Assembly: GCA_038087875.1 (NCBI GenBank)
Contig: CM075998.1
Coordinates: 2,792,001 to 2,852,000 of the forward strand
Source of the DNA: Malacoraja senta
Taxonomy: Eukaryota
Length of the DNA: 60,000 nt
Direction of reading: 5' to 3'
The position numbers were made by a program, and so were the translations under genes. The notes under the pieces are model-generated. The model was not told the origin of the DNA and made no database searches. It saw only the letters and a list, made by a program, of their open reading frames with translations. This document shows positions 12,328 through 25,000 of this stretch, piece after piece. Within the stretch, counting starts at the first letter, position 1. The number at the start of each line of letters is the position of its first letter.

Positions 12328-15300
12328 TCAGAAGCCGCCCTGGGGTCGCTGCTCCAGCACGTCTTCTCCGAGTTTCTCCGCGGTGGACGCGTTATCCCAT
12401 TCCACCTCCGTGAAGTCGCCGGGCTCCTCCATCCTGCCCGAGTGCCATGCAAACTCCCCCCGCGGGCTCTCACCCGCGTTAACTGCTTCCTGGAGACGTG
12501 GGCCACGGGCGACTGGGTCCAAACGACCCTGTCCCCCCTCGCTCACCCCCTGTCCCGCCCCGCCTGCGATCACCGTGTCCGCCGAGGCGCCGCTGTCTGA
12601 GCTGCCCTGGGACTCGGCTCCGTGGCCCTCGCTGTCCTCTGCGTTTGGCACATCACACACCAGCGGCCGTTCTCCCTCCTCGCCGTCAGATTCGGAATCA
12701 GGGCGGTGTGGCGCCGGAGGCGAGACACTGATTCAAACACCACCTCTTGCAGGTTCCTCTCTTGGCGCTCCCCACGCCCTCGCCTCTCGCCGCCGCCGCC
12801 TGCATCTCCCGCAGTCTCAGTGTCGGGGTCGAGTCCCTCGGGGGGCAGAGGAGTTTCCTCCGAGACCTCCCGGCGCTTTGCGCGACCTTCCCGGTCGCCG
12901 GCCGCAGAATCCATCAACCCATCGCGCCGTCCTCCCAGCAACGCCTCCACACTCTCCCGTCCATCGTCTTGTGCCACTTCCCAGACTTGCCCGGTTCATC
13001 CACAGTGTCCCCGCTCTCTCCGGGCGCCTGGACTTCAGCTGAGTTCGTGCCCGTGACAGGAAAGCCCAATATTCGGCTGGCCCGCTCTCTCATGCTCTCC
13101 TTCCCCCGCCGCAGTCACCCTCAGCTCCTGCGTAAAAACGCTCCCTGTCCAGGCGCAAAGACTGAGCTCTTTCCCGCACCGCTTCCTCCAGTCCTTCATC
13201 ATGTCCGACCGTGTCACACTCACAGTTAGCGCCGGCTTCCACCCGGCTTCTGAAATCCCCACCTTCCACCGGCTGCAGAAACCTCACCCGCTCTTTCTTC
13301 GGCGAGGAAATGTACTCCGCTCTCACTAACGCGCAGGTAGCGTCGATCAGGAAGACCCCGTCGCTTCCAGAGGCGCAGTTCGCACGCTCGCTTCCCATCC
13401 AGTCGCCTGCCCTCGGTGGCTTCCATTCCGGTAGTCTCCTCTCCCGGTTCCTCCGCGGGTTACTGCCGCCCTCGGCGCTACTATTGCTGTTGGGCTTTTC
13501 ACCCCAGCTTCCCAGAGGCGCATCCAGGCTCGCCTCCTCAACGCCAGAGGCTTGGCTTGCCCGTGCCATTCCAAGCCGGGGAGTTCCCTGCCTTTATCAG
13601 ATGGGTTTCCCAGCCAGCGAGCAGCGGGAGCCGAAGCTGTTTCCCTCGTGTTATTCTCCGCGGGACCTCTGGCCCACTGGCGCGCCTTCAAACGGAGCAC
13701 CGCCTGCCGCTCGCCTCTCTCTCTGGCCGCCAGCGTTGGTCTTGAATTGTCAAAGATATCGAGATGAAAGCCTCTCTCTCTGCCGCCAGAGTTTCTGTAA
13801 CCTGGCACTTCTTCGCCGTCGTTGTAACACGGCTGCTGCCCCGCTCCGCCTCCGGGTTCGGCTTGCCTGTCAGGCCAGTAGTACTGATGTGAATTTGGCA
13901 AGTCAGGTCCACCTCTCGTCCTATAGTTCTCAATATCGTCGTCGATTTCTCCATACGTCGCCCCATCTGAATGAGACCCCTGGTTCGTTGGGAAACCAGT
14001 ACAGTCCGCACAGCACGGGGGCTGGTCTGCTTGGACATTGGAGATCTCAGAGCTTCGCTGTCACACCATTCTCGTCGGATCCCGCTCTCACCTCTGCCCA
14101 CTGGAGTTTGCCGGCGATCTGGTGACTTGCTGGCTCGAGTTGGACTCGCACCAAATCCAAACGGCTCGCGTTCTCCTGTGGAGTCCACCGCAGCCCGTCC
14201 CGTGCTCTGTCTGGAGATTAAGCAGAAGACTACCTCGCCTCTTTTACTCCGAAGCACTTCGCCCTTCACCCGTCTCTCGGCTGCCTTCCCTCCGCCAAAT
14301 CCTTCAACTCCACTCCTGGGCTGGGGCTGCCACTTTTCAAAGCCCCTGTGTTCAGGGCCGAGTTCTTGGCGCATCTCCCGGCCCGGGGACAAGCTTCGTT
14401 CAGGCGCTGCGAGTCTGCAGGGTTGATATACTTCTGCAAAGCGTGGCAGGTGCCATAACCTGGGCGGGTTAGCGGTTCCGCCGAGCGCCGGGGCTCTGGG
14501 CGCTGACTGTTGGCTGTTCTCTCGCCCTGGTACACAGAACGGGGGAACCTGCCGTGACATTCAGCTTCTGAACATGCACCGTGCGGCCGGACATTGGTGG
14601 CGTGGCTTACTGCCTTGGCATTCAATGCTGGTCGATGGCAGGCCGGCTCCGGCTCCCTCTCGCTCCCCACTGCTTGCCAGGGCCACGCATGGTTCTCCTT
14701 GCTTCCAGCGACGGACTGACTCGACCGTGGACCCTCCGCCGCTTTCTTCCCCCTTTTCATCCGCAGGTACATCTCGTAAGTCGGAGGCTTGTCCGGCCGC
14801 GGTCTCGAACCGTTGCTTTCGGGACTGTTGGGCGGCGGCGGTGTTGTGTATCCCGGCTGGACGTTCAGGGGAACAAGACGCCTGGTCTCTGGTGGCCGGT
14901 GAGCGCTAGCCCGCTGCTCCTTGTAAGGTCTATACCCCAACTGTAGCCTCTGGTCACCGAGGGGCAAATCCTTCACATACTGAGGTGCCCACTGCTCGTA
15001 TGGCGAGGGAAGGAGTCTCCTGGGCTCTTTTGGTTGACTCTGTGATCGTTTGAGTAGCGAATTCCACCCACCGCCAAAGTCCTGGTTTTCCAGCGCTCTC
15101 TGCTCCATCCACCTTTCCGCCCGATGCCTCCCCGGTCCGTCATCCCTCGACTGCCACTTTCCCAAGTCATCCATGCCGCCCCTGTCCCAGCGGCCGTGGT
15201 TTTGGCGGTTCTGCACCTTCAGCCCTTTGGCCGCCGTTGAGACGGTCGGGCTGGTGCGTGGCTCTGGCCATCCACACACGGGCTGAGCCCCCCAGTGTAC

Positions 15301-15391
15301 AGCGGGCGGAGTCTTCTTGTCCTTGCTTCTCCTGGAGATGCCACCCGCTTCAGTGGAGGGCAGGTGTGGTGAGAAAGGTTCCTCCCAACAG
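12328..15391 (-). CDS. DDN: Large exon of a dendrin-like gene, frameshifted in this sequence (3' end uncertain, ~12230-12330)
   Basis: Acceptor tttgtgttctgtcttgcag. Motifs collinear with recalled human dendrin: RPDKPPTYEMYL (RPGPPSYEAHL), DGVFLIDATCALVRAEYISSPKKERVRFL ([29 protein letters not shown]), SMRERASRILGFP (TLEERTFRILGLP), ESVSRLRRHTA/PDSESD (EAVSRIRRHTAPDSDTD). Same strand and directly downstream of PRKAG1, as in human. Confidence 0.85.
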
Positions 15392-15445
15392 CTGCAAGAC
15401 AGAACACAAACCCCAGTTAATGAGAATATGGGGAGAAGGCGAATC

Positions 15446-16232
15446 GAGGACCGGAGGACATAGGTTTAAGGTGAAGGGGAAAAGATTTAAGAGGAATCAG
15501 AGGCGTAACATTTTTCACTCAAAGGGTGGTGGGTGTATGGAACGAGCTGCCAGAGGAGGTAGTTGAGGCTGGGACTAGGCTGGGTAGTTGATTCCTGGGA
15601 TGGCAGGACTTCCATATGAAGAAAGACTGGATAGACTCGGCTTGTACTCGCTGGAATTTAGAAGATTGAGGGGGGATCTTATAGAAAAGTACAACATTCT
15701 TATGGGGTTGGACAGGCTAGATGCAGGAAGATTGTTCCCGATGTTGGGGAAGTCCAGAACAAGGGGTCACAGTTTACGGATAAGGGGGAAGTCTTTTAGG
15801 ACCGAGATGAGATTTTTTTTTTCACACAGAGTGGTGAATCTGTGGAATTCTCTGCCACAGAAGGTAGTTGAGGCCAGTTCATTGGCTATATTTAAGAGGG
15901 AGTTAGATGTGGCCCTTGTGGCTAAAGGGATCAGGGGGTATGGAGAGAAGGCAGGTACAGGATACTGAGTTGGATGATGAGCCATGATCATATTGAATGG
16001 CAGTGCAGGCTCGAAGGGCCGAATGGCATACTCCTGCACCTATTTTCTATGTTTCTATGTTTCTATGACTATCCCAACGTTTAAGAAACAGTTAGACAGG
16101 CACATGGATAGGACAGGTTTGGAGGGATATGGACCAAACGCAGGCAGGTGGAGCTAGTGTAGATGGGGCATGTTGGTCGGCGTGGGCAAGTTGGGCCGAA
16201 GGGCCTGTTTCCACGCTGAATCACTCCATGAC
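15446..16232 (+). mobile_element. Nested CR1 LINE 3' ends (younger copy ~15578-16066 inside an older copy)
   Basis: ORF 15588..15968 (YEERLDRLGLYSLEFRRLRGDLIE...RVVNLWNSLP), (TTCTATGT)n tail, short gacta duplication at the junctions. Confidence 0.88.
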
Positions 16233-16506
16233 TCTAATAGAGAAAAAAACAAAGAATGAGAAGGAAAGTTGAGAGTGAAAATGAGAGGGAAAGAAAGCAA
16301 GTGTGAAAATGGAATCCGAGTGTGCTCTACAAACGTAGTTCCCTCGGATTCCAATCGGTGTTAGGACTATTTTTTTTTAGTCTATATTAATGACCCAGAC
16401 TTGGGATCATAACCACAGTTACTAAATTTGTGGAGGACACAAAATGACTGGAGGTAGGTGAACAGTGGCGTTCCCCAGGGATCGGTGTCTGGGCCATTGT
16501 TTGTGA

Positions 16507-16847
16507 AAGGCCTGTCCCACTTACGCGACCTTTACAGGCGACTGCCGGCACCCGGCGACCAGAAAGACGCCACGGCTCTTTGGAGACCTCTCACGACCAT
16601 AGGAGACCTCTCACGACCACGGTCGTGAGAGGTCTCCTATGGTCGTGGGAGGTCTCCAAAGGGTCGTAGCATCTTAGGTAGACAAAAGTGCTGGAGAAAC
16701 TCAGCGGGTGCAGCAGCATCTATGGAGCGAAGGAATTATATAGCATCTCTCTGGTCGCCGCTGAATTTTCAACATGTTGAACATTTCGGCGACCTATGAC
16801 GGGTGCCGGCAGTCGCCTGTAAAGGTCGCGTAAGTGGGACAGGCCCT
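16507..16847. mobile_element. PIF/Harbinger-type MITE inserted in a CR1 RT remnant (~16380-17220)
   Basis: TIR (A)GGCCTGTCCCACTTACGCGACC, TGA/TTA flanks, homologous to 45279-45669. Confidence 0.85.
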
Positions 16848-17235
16848 TTAGTCTGTATTAACGACCCAGACTTGGGATGCAAACCACCACTGCTAAATCT
16901 TTGATGTCACACAATACACGTCAGTATTGCCAACCGCGAAGAGGGCTGCGTTCACATTCAGCAGGTTGTAAACAAACTGGTGGCATGGGCAGATATTTGG
17001 CAGGTGAAACACAAGGCGACGCAGAAAGAATGAATAAAGACCAAATAGAATAAAGATATTAAAAGATCTGCAGGATCAGAAGGGCAGTAAATAAGACATT
17101 TGCAACTCAGGGCTCCATCAATGGGAGGCGTTGAGTATTAAGGCAAGGAAATTACGGTGTACTTTTGTAAAACACCGATCTGGGATATTGTGCCCGATCC
17201 TAGTCACCACATTGTAGGAAGGATGAGCCCGATGA

Positions 17236-17516
17236 GTCCATTCAGCCCGATGAGTCCATTCCGACCATCGATCACCCTTTTACACCAGTTCTATGTTATC
17301 CTATATTCTCATCCACTCCTATACATTGGAAGCAATGTACAGCGGGCCAGTTAACCTACATCCCGCATGTCTTTGGGAAACCGGAGCGCTGGGAGGAAGC
17401 CCATGCGGGGACAGGGAGAACATGCAAACTCCACACAGACAGGGGCGGAGGTCGGGATTGAACCCGGATCTCTTGAGTTGCACAGCAGCGGCTCTACCAG
17501 CTGCGCCACCGTGGTG
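17236..17516 (-). mobile_element. HE1-like SINE
   Basis: Similar to the reverse complement of 7531-7817. Confidence 0.75.
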
Positions 17517-17546
17517 TGCGTCACCAGACCACTGACAGATACTTAC

Positions 17547-17644
17547 ATGGATCTCCCAGGATAGGTGCCAAATTTACCCCAAAGGTTATAGTTCTCACGG
17601 TTCCTCATCCCAGAGCTCATTTCCTTCTTCCTTTGAATTATCAC
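17547..17644 (-). CDS. DDN: Probable upstream exon of the dendrin-like gene (VIIQRKKE-MSSGMRNRENYNLWGKFGTYPGRS-I; candidate ATG at 17620)
   Basis: Unique 98-nt island between SINEs. Pyrimidine-tract acceptor (tttttcttctgaag), strong donor AT|gtaagt, open frame, and a phase-2 end that joins in frame with the acceptor at 15391. Confidence 0.6.
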
Positions 17645-17729
17645 CTTCAGAAGAAAAATGCACAAATCAGAACAAGGCCATTGCCATCCTGCCTGCAGAA
17701 TATTCATCCCACATATTAATTTAGTTCAA

Positions 17730-18030
17730 AGGTAGGGCTCGGAAACAGCCATTCGGCCCCTCGAGTCCGTGCCGACCATCGATCACCCATTCACACTAAC
17801 TAGCTCTATGTTATCCCACTTTCTCATCCACTCCCGACACACTAGGGGGCAATTTACAAAGGGCTGATTAACCTACAAACCCGCACATCTTTGGAAACCC
17901 GGGCGAACGTGCAAACTCCACAGGGAGAACGTGCAAACTCCACACACACAGACAGCACCTGGGGTCAGGATAGAAGTCTGGTCTCTGGCGCTGTGAGGCA
18001 GCGGCACCACCAGCTGCCCACTGTGCGCCA
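17730..18030 (-). mobile_element. HE1-like SINE
   Basis: Similar to the reverse complement of 7531-7817. Confidence 0.75.
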
Positions 18031-21000
18031 TCATGTTTACTACATGACAACTGTACTCTGAATAGTATTGTGAAGGCAGTGAAAGCCTTGTTTTATCCAT
18101 TCTCTTTAGTGAGTGTTATCTTCCTCTACAATGAGGTGTGGCACTCACAGTGGTTTCCATGTGAAAATAAATGCAAAATGAACCGTAGCAAAACAATGAA
18201 ATAGCAAGCCATCACAATAGTTTGTATACTTGGCGATAGGTTTCATCCTTGGTTTATGCTACGGCTAGATTTCGGTTTTGGCTTATTATTGTCACGTATA
18301 TCAAGGTACATTGAAAAGCTTCAAAAACAAATTAGATCTACTGTACATACAATGAGACAATCCAGTCAAACTCAGGTACAATAGGTGGAGCAAAGGGGAA
18401 GATACAGAGTGCAGAATCTAATTCTCAGCATTGTAGTGCATCAGTTCCATAGACAAAGTCCATTGTCTGCAATGGGGTAGAGGTGAATCAGACGGTACCT
18501 TAGCTGATGGATAGCCCGTTAAGAAGCCTGACAACAGACACTCGATAAAGCTTGCAATAACTCCATTGGAACCCAGGGAACACAAGTCCAAACAAATTCC
18601 TTTGGACGAACTCTGCACAAAACAAGGATTGCGATCGGCAACATTGCAATGGGAGATTTGCCGTAACATTCAGAAAACAAGTAGTATTATAGAACTCACC
18701 AATTATTCAATGCTTATTGCAGAGTTCCCAGTCTCCCTTGCTGAGTCAAATTCCTTGGTCTCTCTCAGGTGGTGCTCAGTTCTCAGTGTTGCTAGATTCT
18801 GAAATACCAGCGATTTATTAGGAAAATATACTGCAATAAAGTCCTGTGTTTGCTTTGGTCCCCTGCGTTTAACTCCCCGAGCGAGATTGACATTATTGTA
18901 ATTTAACCGCTAAACCACAATAATTACAAACCAAGGCAGGCTGGTGTCAAAGGACTCTCTAGTGCTTGCACTCCCACCGAATTCTGCACATATTCCCCCT
19001 CATGTGGCAATAATGAACTGAAAGCTGGTCGCTAACAGCGCTGATATCAGCACATTATTTGGGCCGTGTTGGCAGCAGAATAGTGATGACCACGTCTCTC
19101 TTTCTTTCTCCCCCTCGCTCTCTCTTTCTCCCTCAAATATTATTATCCTTGAATCACCGATCTTGCAAACCAACTTTAGCTGCTGATTCAAAGCCAGAAG
19201 AAGCATGAATTAATCTTAGTGAAGAAGCCCTGTCCCAAATACTATGCGGAGTTTATCATAGATAATGTTCACTCCCTCAAGTCTGAAGTTCCCGTTCACT
19301 CTTACCAGATTTGTTTAATGGGATTAAGTTGCAGGAAGCTGCACGTTTGGGAACATCTGTGGACGTCTTAAAACACAAATGGAGATACTTATTGATATTT
19401 GAAAACTCTTCTGCAGTGCACTGGTTTGTACTGAAGGGGGAACAAGATGGCGACTCCTAGAATTGCAGTCTGTCAAATATTTAAACGAGATTTTGACAAA
19501 ATCCCTGAACTCCCCTTGTATTTTCTTTCTTTATGGAACATTGGCTGCAGTTTATCTGCTGACTTTTGTTGAGACTGCAGTCATGTTTCATTCCCAAATA
19601 TTTAAATTTCTACAGATGCTCCCACATTCTCTCCCAAACAATTGAAGACAGCAAGGACACTTACTTGCAGCTGCTGGAAATAGGTACAAAAACAAGCAGT
19701 GTTTTTAACAAATATAATAACAAATTAAACCATGGCATCGACTCTTGCATCAACAATGGTGAAAAGCTAATGAAACGCATGAAATATTTATCATCATGAA
19801 TAACATACTGTGGGAGTTTTTGTTTGACCGCGTTAGAGGGTCAAGGTAATTATTTGGTACAATATACAAAGCAGTAATAATGATGTTCTCAGGATCCAGC
19901 TATTATTGTTGGCGCCAAAGATAGACACAAAATTCTGGAGGTCAGGCAGCTTCTCTGGAGAAAAGGGTAACGTTTCAGGTCGAGACCCTTCCCCAGACCG
20001 AGAGTCAGGGGAGGGGGAAACTGGAGATATGAAAAGGTACATAGAAGAAATGAATGAAAGGTACAGAATGCTAAAGGACAAATCAAAGCCAGCATCCTAT
20101 ACTAACTGAAACATGATGGGAAAGTAATAATTTAAGAATATTTGTTTTACCTGTGCTATGGTGGTGGGGTTTGTTTCGAATCATTTAGTTTGGTACATAT
20201 TATTGTAAGTAAATTAATAAATTATTTTTGGTTTAAAAAAAACCCTGAAGCATAACCTCTTTACGTTTCTTTTTAATCCCCCTCACAGTAAACAATAACA
20301 AATTCCATCAGCTTTCCTAATTACTTGCAGTCTTTGTCTTCTTGCATTTTGCAAATGTCATGTCAGGAACACAGTATCAATTCACCCTCTGGTCCCTACA
20401 GTAATTATCCGACCTTATATCCATGGATATGTGCCTCTCCATGAATGTTACAACACTATATAATCAGTGCCCCATCACAATTATCAGTTTATGGAGAGTC
20501 CCATTACAAACTTTGGTCCTCAGCTCAAAACCTGGTTGCAAAGGAAAGTGCTGCTTGGAAAAAATGTAAAACATCAAATTGGAAGCATTTGATTTCCAAG
20601 CGGAATATGTTCGGCTCTAATTCCCGAAAATATCGAACCGAGACAGAGGTAGAATGGAATTCCTGAAAGGAATATTAATGTCGAGAGACAGACTGACTGG
20701 CTGGGCTAAAACACCACCGAGTGTGAATGGGCTTTGCGGAGATTAGCAGACACCAGCTCAGCACATACCGAGTAGACACACCATCAGCATGGGTCAGGGA
20801 TTATTCCCACAATCATTAGCTCACTCTGTAACCACTGTACCAGAGTGACACTAAACCAACAGCAGAATTTGTGATATGAAAGAAAAATGGATTTTCCATT
20901 TGCTGGTATCACCTTTTGTCTTCGCGTGAATGACAAGAGTACAGCTACATTTTTGGGAGGTCTTATGTATGTAAACTTCTCAACAGTGCATAATTGGCAG

Positions 21001-21098
21001 TGTAACAAAATGTAGGAATGTATCACAATAGTAGTGATTCAAGGAGGAGTTATAGGCTGACATGACATTGGTATGCAGAGTTAAATCAGCCAAAAGCA

Positions 21099-21450
21099 TA
21101 GTTTAGTTTAGTTTAGAGATACAGCATGGAAACAGGACCCACAGCCCACCGAGCCATGCTGCCCATTATCACTCGTTCCACTAGTTCTACGTTGTCCCAC
21201 TTTCGCATCCACTCCTGACACACAAGGGCCATTAACCGACAAAGCTGCACGTCTTTGGGACGTGGGAAGAAACCGGAGCACCCGGAGAACGTGCAATCTC
21301 CACACAAGGTCAGGATCAATCCCAGATCTCTGGCGCTGTGAGGCAGCTGCTCTAACAGGCCCTTCGGCCCACCGAGGCCGTGCCGACCAGCGATCCCCGC
21401 ACATTAACACTATCCCACACACACTAGGGACAATTTACATTTGTACCAAG
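21099..21450 (-). mobile_element. HE1-like SINE fragments
   Basis: (TTTAG)n tail and SINE body similarity. Confidence 0.7.
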
Positions 21451-21734
21451 CCAATTGGTATCCAAGCATGTGCATTACATCGCTGAGCAACAAACCTCAG
21501 TTCATTTCAAATACATTTGAAAGAATTTACAAGGCCACGGGGGATGGCAGGGCATCAGGACAATATGGATTGCTCTTACATGGAGCCTGCAGACTCATCG
21601 GGCCAAATTGGCTCCTTTCATGCTGTAACCATCTGCGATAACAGAAGAATTTCTTTGATGCTCCTCATTCTCACAAAATATCAAACTTTATGAGCATGTT
21701 CTGACATCTTTGTGAGTAGTTTGCAGTGGGGGTA

Positions 21735-22010
21735 GTTTAGTTTTGTATAGTTAAGAGATACAGCGTGGAAACAGGCACTTTGGCTCAGAGTCCGACCAGC
21801 GATCCCCACACTCTAACACTACCCTACACACACACACACTAGATACAATTTTACATTTACATCAAGCCAATTAACCTACAAACCTGTACGCCTTTGGAGT
21901 GTGGGAGGAAACCGAAGATCTCAGAGAAAACCCACGAGGTCATGGGGAGAACGGACAAACTCCGTACAGACAGCACCCGGGTCTCTGGCGCTGTAAGGCA
22001 GCAACTCTGC
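21735..22010 (-). mobile_element. HE1-like SINE
   Basis: Body similarity to the other copies. Confidence 0.72.
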
Positions 22011-25000
22011 GCAGACTCTTGCATATTGTCTCAGTGGAGTATTTCTATACACTTTGTACTTAATCTAGGATGGTGCTTATGTCTCGTCATACTTTGCTGA
22101 ACTGCATGCAAAATATTTTTTTACTGTATCTTGACAATAAAGAACTATCGATAGCACCTGAAAGCTATTCACAGGTACCTCATTTATATTGGTCTCAATT
22201 ATAAGAACCTCAAGCAAAAGTGCTTCACGTTTTTAACTGAGCATGTAGCAGTTAAATCAGAATCTTTGACGCTAAGAGACACATGTTTCAATGCATTTTA
22301 TTATGGTTTTGAAGATATTACAATTAATATCTCTTTAAATGAGATGTCAAATCTTCACAACTAATCGGCAAAGGAGAATAAACATTTCCACGAAAGAAAG
22401 GTTTGGACTACAGTTGGAATAAATATGATTTTGATTCTGTGAGGAATAACCACTGCACTTTAAGTTCACATTGATTTCACGGAAATTAAAAAAAAAATAA
22501 ACAAAACAGTATTACATTAATGAGAAAAATACATTCAATTTTATACAAAACTACTGAGCGAATCACAAAAAAAAAGTTCTTAAAACAGAAAATAAAAATC
22601 ATATGTCTACCATGCAATGAATAAATGGCACATTGTTGGCAAGTTCGCTCTTGACACAATTCTACGGCAAAAATACAGAGAAAATGCTGGGTACACTCAG
22701 CAGGTCAGGCAGCATCTATGGAGAAAGTGTTACCTGCTTCTCTCACTATGGATGCTGCCAGACCTGCTCAGCATTACCAGCAGCTGCAGTTCTTTTCTTG
22801 CTTTTCACAAGGATAGAGGGAAGTTGATTCTTATGTTTACGAGATTTCATTTTCGTGGTGGAGACAGAGCATTGCATTATACTCGAGCAAACAACACAAA
22901 GTGCTGGGGGAACTCAGCGGGTCAGGCAGCATCCGTGCAGGGAATGAATAGGCGACGTTTTGGGTCGAGGCCCTTCTTCAGACTTGTCAAATCCGAGTAC
23001 TGACCCGCAACATCGCCTGTTCATTCCTTCCAAAGTTGCTGCCTGACCTGCTGAGTTCCTCCAGCACTTTGTGTTTTACTCAACATTCCCGCATCTGCAG
23101 TTTCTTGCGTCTCCATTGTATTTTGCTTTTCCTTCAAACTTTGCCGTTATATTTCAGGGTCCAATGTTGTTTTTCTGGCTCCATGTTGGGGGCCAGGATG
23201 TTTGACAATGTCAACACATTCACTCATAAGTCATCTCATTTAACCATTGATCCATCGCCAAGCCCCCTCCATGGTGCTTACTGCAGCCAACCAGTGTGCC
23301 AATCTCATCCCACATGTAGGCCAAAATAACATTCTCTGCAGACACTAATGCCGCAGGAGACACTGATCCTGCATTGAAAAGGTGCACAGAAATGGAGGTG
23401 CACAGAAATGCTCCTGGTTTGGAAACACTGATTTTCCCCAGACATTTGTCCAGTTCACTTTTTGCAATGCAATCTCTTGCAGCTTTTCTGGAAAAAATTC
23501 CAGTTTCCAAGAAATAAAAAACCCTATTATGATACTATGATTTGGTAATGCGTCACAAAGATCTGGAGGTGAAATGTGATCTTAAATGTCACAAATAAGA
23601 TGCTACAAATTCTTCATGGAAGGTCATCAACCCGTAACAACGTTCCCGTATTTTCTCTCTCTCTCTCTCCAAAGATGCTGCTCGACCAGTGGGGGTTTTC
23701 CACCATTTTAATTCTGTACAGTTTTGCACCGAGATTTACACAATATTCTATTCTTCAACTGAACTATTGAAATGACAAACATTATTTTCACAGCATTGTC
23801 CACAGAAATGCTGCTGGCGAACATCCACTGTGGTTTCAGTTGTAAGAACATTTGTTGTGCGCACGTTTCATGATTAAGTGGTGTGGGTCACGCACAATCT
23901 GCTCAGGTTTAAGAACAAGGGAGTGTACTCTTCATCCAAAACATTTCAACAACTTCGTTACAAATATATGACCTGATCATTTAAAAAAACTCATCAATCT
24001 AACCTAATTCCCAACTCAGTTACACCCATTATCGGAGTAGGGAAGGAGGCATAAGCCCCAGGGCTTTCAGATCTGATCAATATCCAAGGCCCACAGTTGG
24101 GAGAACTCATGCTATGCATGTTGAGTAAAACACAAAGTGCTGGAGGAACTCAGCCAGTCAGGCAGCATCTGTGGAGATAAACAGGTGAATGTAGATAGGG
24201 TAGAGAATCAACCTCACCATGATGTTATGCACAAAAAAAGACTATTTAGGTGAAGTTCTGACGGACTTTGTGCTGTGGAAAGAAGGGCTGTGCACCACCA
24301 CAAAGAGAGGGGAGAGGGAGCAGGGAAACAAGAACATTGGGGCTATGATTCCTTCGGTTTCTTTCATCTTTGAGGCTGAAGCCCGCAAAGAAAATAATAA
24401 TTTGTTCTCTTGTTCTTTACTCTTTTCCAGTTCTGAATACAGGTCACAGGTGTGGAACATTAAATCCATTTCTCTTTCACCAGATGCTGCCTGACCTGAT
24501 GAGTGTTTCCACCACTTTCGGTTTTTGTTTCAGGTCTCTGCATATTTTTGAATTTTCATCTTCATTATACACTACTGCACTGTTTTGTTCAGTCAATTAC
24601 CTCATGAAAGTTTACATTCGAAGTTCATGCAATTTACTGGAGTCATATTTGCTGAGTCTACGACTGAAATGGCAGAATTTAAATGACAATCCGCTTAGAG
24701 CCCTGAAGCTATCTTCATCCAATTCCACTTGAAAGCTCCTTGCCTGAAAATCAGACTGTGCAGCAGAAACTTAACCTGTTGTTCAAGACACACACGGTTA
24801 ATTTTCGCTGCCAGAGTTTGGTTCTCAAAACTTGGGCACATCTTTTACTATTTAATTTCCGTAACAGTAGTTGTGATCTCATCAGGTAATCTGTTTGAAA
24901 TGAGGAACCTGCCAAATTGTATCACCACAATGCGTTACAATTTATCAAACTGTGCTGGAATACTGGAGCTCTCGTGCTAGAATGGCCAGCTCCCAGCTAT

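Noticed and set aside
12182..14472. Plus-strand ORFs of 286, 304 and 151 aa
   Set aside because: Antisense shadows of the GC-rich DDN exon; all recognisable motifs are on the minus strand.
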